Of a stretch of 64,000 nt of DNA, positions 59,280-64,000 are shown one piece after another; positions within the stretch are counted from its first letter, which is position 1, and each line of letters opens with the position of its first letter. The translations under genes were made by a program, and so were the position numbers. A model generated the notes under the pieces. It ran no database searches. It was not told the DNA's origin and worked only from the letters and a program-made list of their open reading frames with translations. This stretch comes from Candidatus Omnitrophota bacterium. Lineage in GTDB: Bacteria; Omnitrophota; Gorgyraeia; S143-82. The stretch spans positions 3,683 to 67,682 of the forward strand of contig WGBD01000002.1 of assembly GCA_015494465.1 (NCBI GenBank), read 5' to 3'.

Positions 59280-60961
59280 TCCTCTGCGGTTACTCTTAAG
59301 ACCTCCTCAAAAGTGGTAATCCCCTGGAGAAAGAGTTCAAAGGTATTTTGCCTCAATGTGCGCATCCCACAGTGTTTGACTGCAAACTCCTTTATCTGAT
59401 CCGATGTGGCACCGTCCAAGACCATCTGTCTGATCTCATCGTTCATAGTCAGCGTCTCTATGGTGGCTATCCTCCCAAGATATCCGGTCTTCCTGCACTT
59501 CTCACAGCCCTTTCCCCTATAGAATATCACCCCTTCGGGATATTCAAAACCCTCTTTCTCAAATACCTCTCTAGGTATGTCCACCGGCTCCTTACAATGA
59601 GGGCATATCCTTCGGCAGAGACGCTGGGCAGAAGTCAATACCAAAGAAGAGGCGACCAAGAACGGTTCCACCCCCATGTCCACGAGCCTGGTAATCGCCC
59701 CTGCTGCGTCGTTGGTGTGGAGGGTGCTCAAGACCAAGTGCCCAGTCAAGGAAGCCTTGACCGCTATGTCCGCGGTTTCGGAGTCTCGTATCTCTCCCAC
59801 CAAGACGATGTCAGGGCTTTGTCTCAGTATCGCCCTCAACGCCGAGGCAAAGGTTAGACCTATGTCGTGATTGACCTGAATCTGGGTCAACCCCTCCACC
59901 TGATACTCAACCGGATCCTCTACGGTGATTATGTGCACCTCCGGTCGGTTTAGCTCCTGCAACACCGAATACAGCGTAGTAGACTTACCGCTACCAGTAG
60001 GTCCGGTAACCAATATGAGTCCGTAAGGATGCTTTATCGCCCGCTTAAACTCCTCTAGAGGCTGGGGTAAAAACCCTAACTTATCCAATCCTACTTGGAG
60101 GTTGCTCTTGTCCAAGACCCTCAAGACGAACTTCTCCCCAAAGACCGTTGGGAGGGACGAGACGCGGAAGTCTATCAACTTATCTTTGTGGCGCATCCTA
60201 AATCTGCCGTCTTGAGGCACGCGCCACTCAGTGATGTCCATACCCGACATTATCTTAAGCCTGGTCAAGATAGCGGGTTGGCGGTTCTTAGGGAGGGTGA
60301 AGAACTCGTGTAGGGCACCGTCTATCCTATAACGCAGGCGTATACAGTCCTCCATGGGCTCTATGTGGATGTCGCTAGCGCGTTGGTTTAATCCCTCCTT
60401 TATGACCAAGTTGACCATCCTCACTATCGGGGCCTGCTCGCTCTCGTCCACCACCGTTGAAGAGGCCATAAGCTCGTCGACATTGTCCATCAGGGCTTCT
60501 ATATCCTCGTCTAAGAAGTCCTCATCTCTAGAAGCGGTCCTCAGACTGGATAGAAACTCCTCGATGTCTGGTGGAAAGGCCAAGACCGGCACGATCTCGT
60601 AACCAGTTATCGCCGAGATCTCATCTTTTACCAAGACATCTAGCACATCCATCATCACCAAAGACATCGTATCCCCTAGGGACCCTAGAGGAATAACTTT
60701 TTTCTCCCACATAAGGTTAAAAGGAATGAGATCTGAACGAATGTTCTCCACCTTCAACTTAGTGATGTCTATCCAAGGAATCTGGAGCTCGTCGGATATC
60801 GTCTCCATGAGAGTGATCTTCTGGAGTGGTGTCTTCTCTACGATAACCGTAAACAGATCCTTATCCGATTCGAAACTCCGTATCTCGTTGACCAGATTCG
60901 AGCCAAACCGCCTCTCCAGTATCTCCAATACCCGTCTATCTATAAACTTTTGCCTAGCCAT
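59276..60961 (-). CDS. gspE: GspE/PilB-family secretion ATPase (type II secretion / type IV pilus assembly)
   Basis: 561 aa. N-terminal T2SSE_N domain, Walker A VTGPTGSGKSTTLYS, Asp/His boxes, C-terminal CxxC...CxxC zinc motif. Confidence 0.9.
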   Translation of the reverse strand: MARQKFIDRRVLEILERRFGSNLVNEIRSFESDKDLFTVIVEKTPLQKITLMETISDELQIPWIDITKLKVENIRSDLIPFNLMWEKKVIPLGSLGDTMSLVMMDVLDVLVKDEISAITGYEIVPVLAFPPDIEEFLSSLRTASRDEDFLDEDIEALMDNVDELMASSTVVDESEQAPIVRMVNLVIKEGLNQRASDIHIEPMEDCIRLRYRIDGALHEFFTLPKNRQPAILTRLKIMSGMDITEWRVPQDGRFRMRHKDKLIDFRVSSLPTVFGEKFVLRVLDKSNLQVGLDKLGFLPQPLEEFKRAIKHPYGLILVTGPTGSGKSTTLYSVLQELNRPEVHIITVEDPVEYQVEGLTQIQVNHDIGLTFASALRAILRQSPDIVLVGEIRDSETADIAVKASLTGHLVLSTLHTNDAAGAITRLVDMGVEPFLVASSLVLTSAQRLCRRICPHCKEPVDIPREVFEKEGFEYPEGVIFYRGKGCEKCRKTGYLGRIATIETLTMNDEIRQMVLDGATSDQIKEFAVKHCGMRTLRQNTFELFLQGITTFEEVLRVTAEE

Positions 60962-60965
60962 AACA

Positions 60966-62675
60966 TCACTTAGCGGTTACCCTGAAGACCTCTTCCAGAC
61001 TGGTTATACCTTCGGCTGCCTTCTTTATCGCATCCTCCCGCATCGTCCTCATACCTTCCGCAACAGCAGCCTCACGGATCTCCGGTTCCTCTGCGCCCTT
61101 GGCGATCAACTCTCTTATCTTCGGGGTGAGGATCATGATCTCCGCAACGTTGGTTCTACCCTTGTAACCTATCTGGAGGCACTTGTTACATCCCTTTGGT
61201 CGATAAAATGTCGTTCCCACATACTCTTTGTTAATCCTCAGCCTCTCAGCCATCTCTTCGGTGAGAGTATAAGGCTCCTTACAGTTCTCACAGAGCTTCC
61301 TCAACAACCTCTGTCCCATAATCCCTATCACCGAGGCGGTTATCAAGAAAGGCTCAACCCCCATGTTCACCATCCTCACTACGGCACCGGGAGCGGTGTT
61401 AGTATGTAGAGTGGTCAATACGAGGTGCCCGGTCAAGGCAGCCTTTATGGCTATGTCCATCGTCTCGTGATCGCGGATCTCACCTATCAGGATTATGTCC
61501 GGATCCTGCCTTAGTATGGACCTCAAGGCGGATGCAAATGTCAATCCCACCTCGTGGTTTACTTGTACCTGGTTGATGCCTCTCAATTGATACTCTACCG
61601 GATCCTCGACGGTGATTATGTTCTTCTCTGGAGCATCGATGTAGCGCAGTACTGAGTAGAGTGTAGTCGACTTACCACTTCCCGTGGGACCGGTTACTAT
61701 AAACATCCCGTGAGGTCTTCTCACCGCCCGCTTTATCTTTTCCAGGGTATCGGGATAGAACCCAAGGTTGTCCAGATCCAGCATCACCGCACCCTTGTCC
61801 AATATGCGCAAACAGGCCTTTTCCCCAAAGGCCGACGGTACTATAGAGATCCTGAAGTCCACGATCCTGCCACCGATCTTCATGCGGAACTTGCCATCTT
61901 GAGGAAGGCGGTGTTCGGATATGTCCATCCTTCCCAAGACCTTGATACGAGATATTATCGCCTCGTGCAAGTACCTAGGGGGAGATTCCACCTCCTGAAG
62001 GATCCCGTCGACCCTATACCTTACCCGCATGTGCTTCTCGAACGGCTCTATGAATATGTCACTGGCCTTCAGCTTCACTCCGGTCTCCACGATCTTGTTC
62101 ACCGCCCGCACCGCGGGCGCCATCTGCAGTTCTACATTCTCAACGCCTTCCTCTTCCTCTTTTTTCTCTGGAACCAGCTCTATATCCTCCTCACCGAAGT
62201 CCTCCAACAGTCCCTGGAGTGCCTCGGCGCTGTTCTCGTCCTCTTCCTCTCCCAGTTTCCCAATCAATTCTTTAACCTCTTCTTCAGAGGTAAGACACAC
62301 CGCCACCTGCTTACCAGTGCGCAGTCGCACATCGTCCACTGCTATGTAATTCCAAGGATCCACCATGGCTAGGGTAAGGACATCCTTCACCAAGGATATT
62401 GGGACCACGCGGTAGCGTTTGATCACATCTATAGGTATAAGTTCCAATATCTCGCTGGAGAGCTTGAGCCTAGAGAGCTTGAAGAAGGGCACCCCAAGTC
62501 CCTTCGCCAAGACCATGGTGAGCATCTCTTTTTCGACGATGTTCAGCTGGATTATCGCATCAAAAAAGTCTATGTTCTTCTCCCTAGCGTACCCGACTAT
62601 CTTCGGGATGTCTGCACGGGAGATAATCTCCTCTTTTATGAGGATGTTAACCAGTTCCTCCTTAAGCCAGGCCAT
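60966..62675 (-). CDS. GspE/PilB-family secretion ATPase, second tandem paralogue
   Basis: 569 aa. T2SSE_N + VTGPTGSGKSTTLYS + CENCKEP...GCNKC tetracysteine. An acidic linker separates the domains. Confidence 0.9.
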   Translation of the reverse strand: MAWLKEELVNILIKEEIISRADIPKIVGYAREKNIDFFDAIIQLNIVEKEMLTMVLAKGLGVPFFKLSRLKLSSEILELIPIDVIKRYRVVPISLVKDVLTLAMVDPWNYIAVDDVRLRTGKQVAVCLTSEEEVKELIGKLGEEEDENSAEALQGLLEDFGEEDIELVPEKKEEEEGVENVELQMAPAVRAVNKIVETGVKLKASDIFIEPFEKHMRVRYRVDGILQEVESPPRYLHEAIISRIKVLGRMDISEHRLPQDGKFRMKIGGRIVDFRISIVPSAFGEKACLRILDKGAVMLDLDNLGFYPDTLEKIKRAVRRPHGMFIVTGPTGSGKSTTLYSVLRYIDAPEKNIITVEDPVEYQLRGINQVQVNHEVGLTFASALRSILRQDPDIILIGEIRDHETMDIAIKAALTGHLVLTTLHTNTAPGAVVRMVNMGVEPFLITASVIGIMGQRLLRKLCENCKEPYTLTEEMAERLRINKEYVGTTFYRPKGCNKCLQIGYKGRTNVAEIMILTPKIRELIAKGAEEPEIREAAVAEGMRTMREDAIKKAAEGITSLEEVFRVTAK

Positions 62676-63117
62676 AGCTCTCCTTATACCTGTTCAGGAC
62701 TTCCTTTATCTCGCTTGGTGTGGCGATGAAACTCACCACATCCAAACCCGCCTCTTCCTTTATGTAGCCGGCTATGGAATCGTCCAAAGGATTAGCAGCG
62801 GAAATGGTCACTACCGATCCTATTAGGTAGACAGGGACGAACTCCCGGCTTTCCATCTCAAACACTGGAAAGCGCATGAACAATTCGAAATCTAGTTCGT
62901 AATCATCTAAGGGAAGATAAGGGATCTCGTACTGGGACATCAAGGCGAACATTATGTCCCGCTCGGTTGCGTAACCCTTGCGGATGAGCAATTCCCCTGT
63001 CAGCCCGCCCTCTTTCTCCCTGAGCTCGAGCACCTCGCGAAGTTGCTCTGGAGAAACGACTCCCTTCTCGATAAGGATCTTGCCTAGTGGCTTGTGGACG
63101 ATTCGCTTGTAGAACAT
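62662..63117 (-). CDS. standalone GspE N-terminal (T2SSE_N / MshEN-like) domain protein
   Basis: 151 aa. Homologous to the N-domains of the two downstream ATPases (...LIEKGVVSPEQLREVLELREKEG...). No ATPase core. Confidence 0.7.
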   Translation of the reverse strand: MFYKRIVHKPLGKILIEKGVVSPEQLREVLELREKEGGLTGELLIRKGYATERDIMFALMSQYEIPYLPLDDYELDFELFMRFPVFEMESREFVPVYLIGSVVTISAANPLDDSIAGYIKEEAGLDVVSFIATPSEIKEVLNRYKESYGLA

Positions 63118-63953
63118 CAGTCCACCTTTATCTCCGTCCCGACGCCCTTTTTGGTGAATATCTCTAACAATAGCGCGTGTTTGTGCTTTGCGTTCACCAC
63201 GTGGACCTTCTTTACCCCCCTCTCGAGTGCGGATAGACCTGCCTCCACCTTAGGTAGCATCCCCCCGCTAATCACGCCGGTGGAGACGAAACGCCTTATC
63301 CTATTGGCGTCAACCGAAGACAACAACCTGTCTTTATACATTATACCGTCCACATTGGTCAAAAACACCAATTTCTCAACTCCCAAGGCCACCGATATCT
63401 CCGCAGCAGACAGATCCGCATTCACATTGTAGAGCTTCCCCTTGCGATCTACCCCAAAAGGGGCTATTACTGGGATGATCCCTTTGGACAGGAGGGAGAA
63501 TATCGGATTGGCATTTATCCCGATTATCTCCCCGACGTATCCCAATTCCTCCGACCTCTGCCTGGCCTTTATTACCGCATCCTTATCTATGAGACCGAGG
63601 GCAGGGCACCTCAACTCCCTAAGTTCCCTTACGATCTGGGCATTTATCTTCTTCAGCTCCCGCACTACCACCTTTAAGACCCTGGAATTCGTCTTCCGGA
63701 GCCCGTTTACGAACTCCGGGACGATCCCTTTTGCCCTCAAGGCCTTATTTATGCTCGGTCCTCCACCATGGACCAAGACCGGCCTAATGCCCACATAGTG
63801 CATAAACACGATGTCCTGAAGCACGGACCTGCGGATCGAGGCATCCTCCAAGGAGCTCCCACCGTACTTTATCACGAAGACCTTCCCGTGAAAGGCCTGT
63901 ATGTAAGGTAAGGCCTCCAACAAGACCTTGGCCTTATCTACCGCGGTCTTCAT
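63117..63953 (-). CDS. argB: acetylglutamate kinase
   Basis: 278 aa. VIKYGGSSL...VLVHGGGPSINKAL. Confidence 0.95.
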   Translation of the reverse strand: MKTAVDKAKVLLEALPYIQAFHGKVFVIKYGGSSLEDASIRRSVLQDIVFMHYVGIRPVLVHGGGPSINKALRAKGIVPEFVNGLRKTNSRVLKVVVRELKKINAQIVRELRELRCPALGLIDKDAVIKARQRSEELGYVGEIIGINANPIFSLLSKGIIPVIAPFGVDRKGKLYNVNADLSAAEISVALGVEKLVFLTNVDGIMYKDRLLSSVDANRIRRFVSTGVISGGMLPKVEAGLSALERGVKKVHVVNAKHKHALLLEIFTKKGVGTEIKVD

Positions 63954-64000
63954 CCCTCACTGCCTCCTTCACAATCTCTGCGCTCTGTGGTATATTTAAA

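Overview
The window is a GC-rich (~55-60%) bacterial chromosomal segment, almost entirely coded on the minus strand. Most of it is conserved housekeeping content. This includes argS, rsfS, lepB, leuB and leuC. A second block holds pyrF, nth, purN, frr, pyrH, tsf, rpsB and tgt. Further on are nadC, valS, infB, nusA, prmC, prfA, trpA, folP, ftsH, tilS, metF, folD, xerC and argB. Three tRNAs lie between them: Lys-UUU, Phe-GAA and a CAU-anticodon tRNA next to tilS. The accessory content is mainly a flagellar filament and flagellin-glycosylation locus at about 29.3-42.8 kb. It carries a sigma28-driven flagellin gene, flaG, fliS and an exceptionally large fliD (1489 aa). This fliD has about 9 tandem flagellin-IN repeats and an inserted discoidin-like domain. 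Beside it is a lower-GC island around tRNA-Phe with a Maf glycosyltransferase, a GT4, a NeuC/LegG-like epimerase and a methyltransferase. The rest of the accessory content is scattered type II secretion / type IV filament parts. These are gspG plus a gspH-like pseudopilin, two tandem GspE/PilB ATPases with a standalone MshEN domain protein, and a lone H-X9-DG-like prepilin. A PEP-CTERM protein gene sits behind a candidate sigma54 promoter with an upstream palindromic activator site. Other oddities are a zf-HC2 anti-sigma factor translationally coupled to a radical SAM/wHTH protein, an archease gene abutting tRNA-Lys, and a FolP with an unknown N-terminal extension. A secreted Cys-rich protein takes the usual rimP position upstream of nusA. 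No CRISPR array, phage or transposon was seen. I could not find one single dominant novel system in this window. The giant FliD together with the glycosylation island is the strongest candidate.
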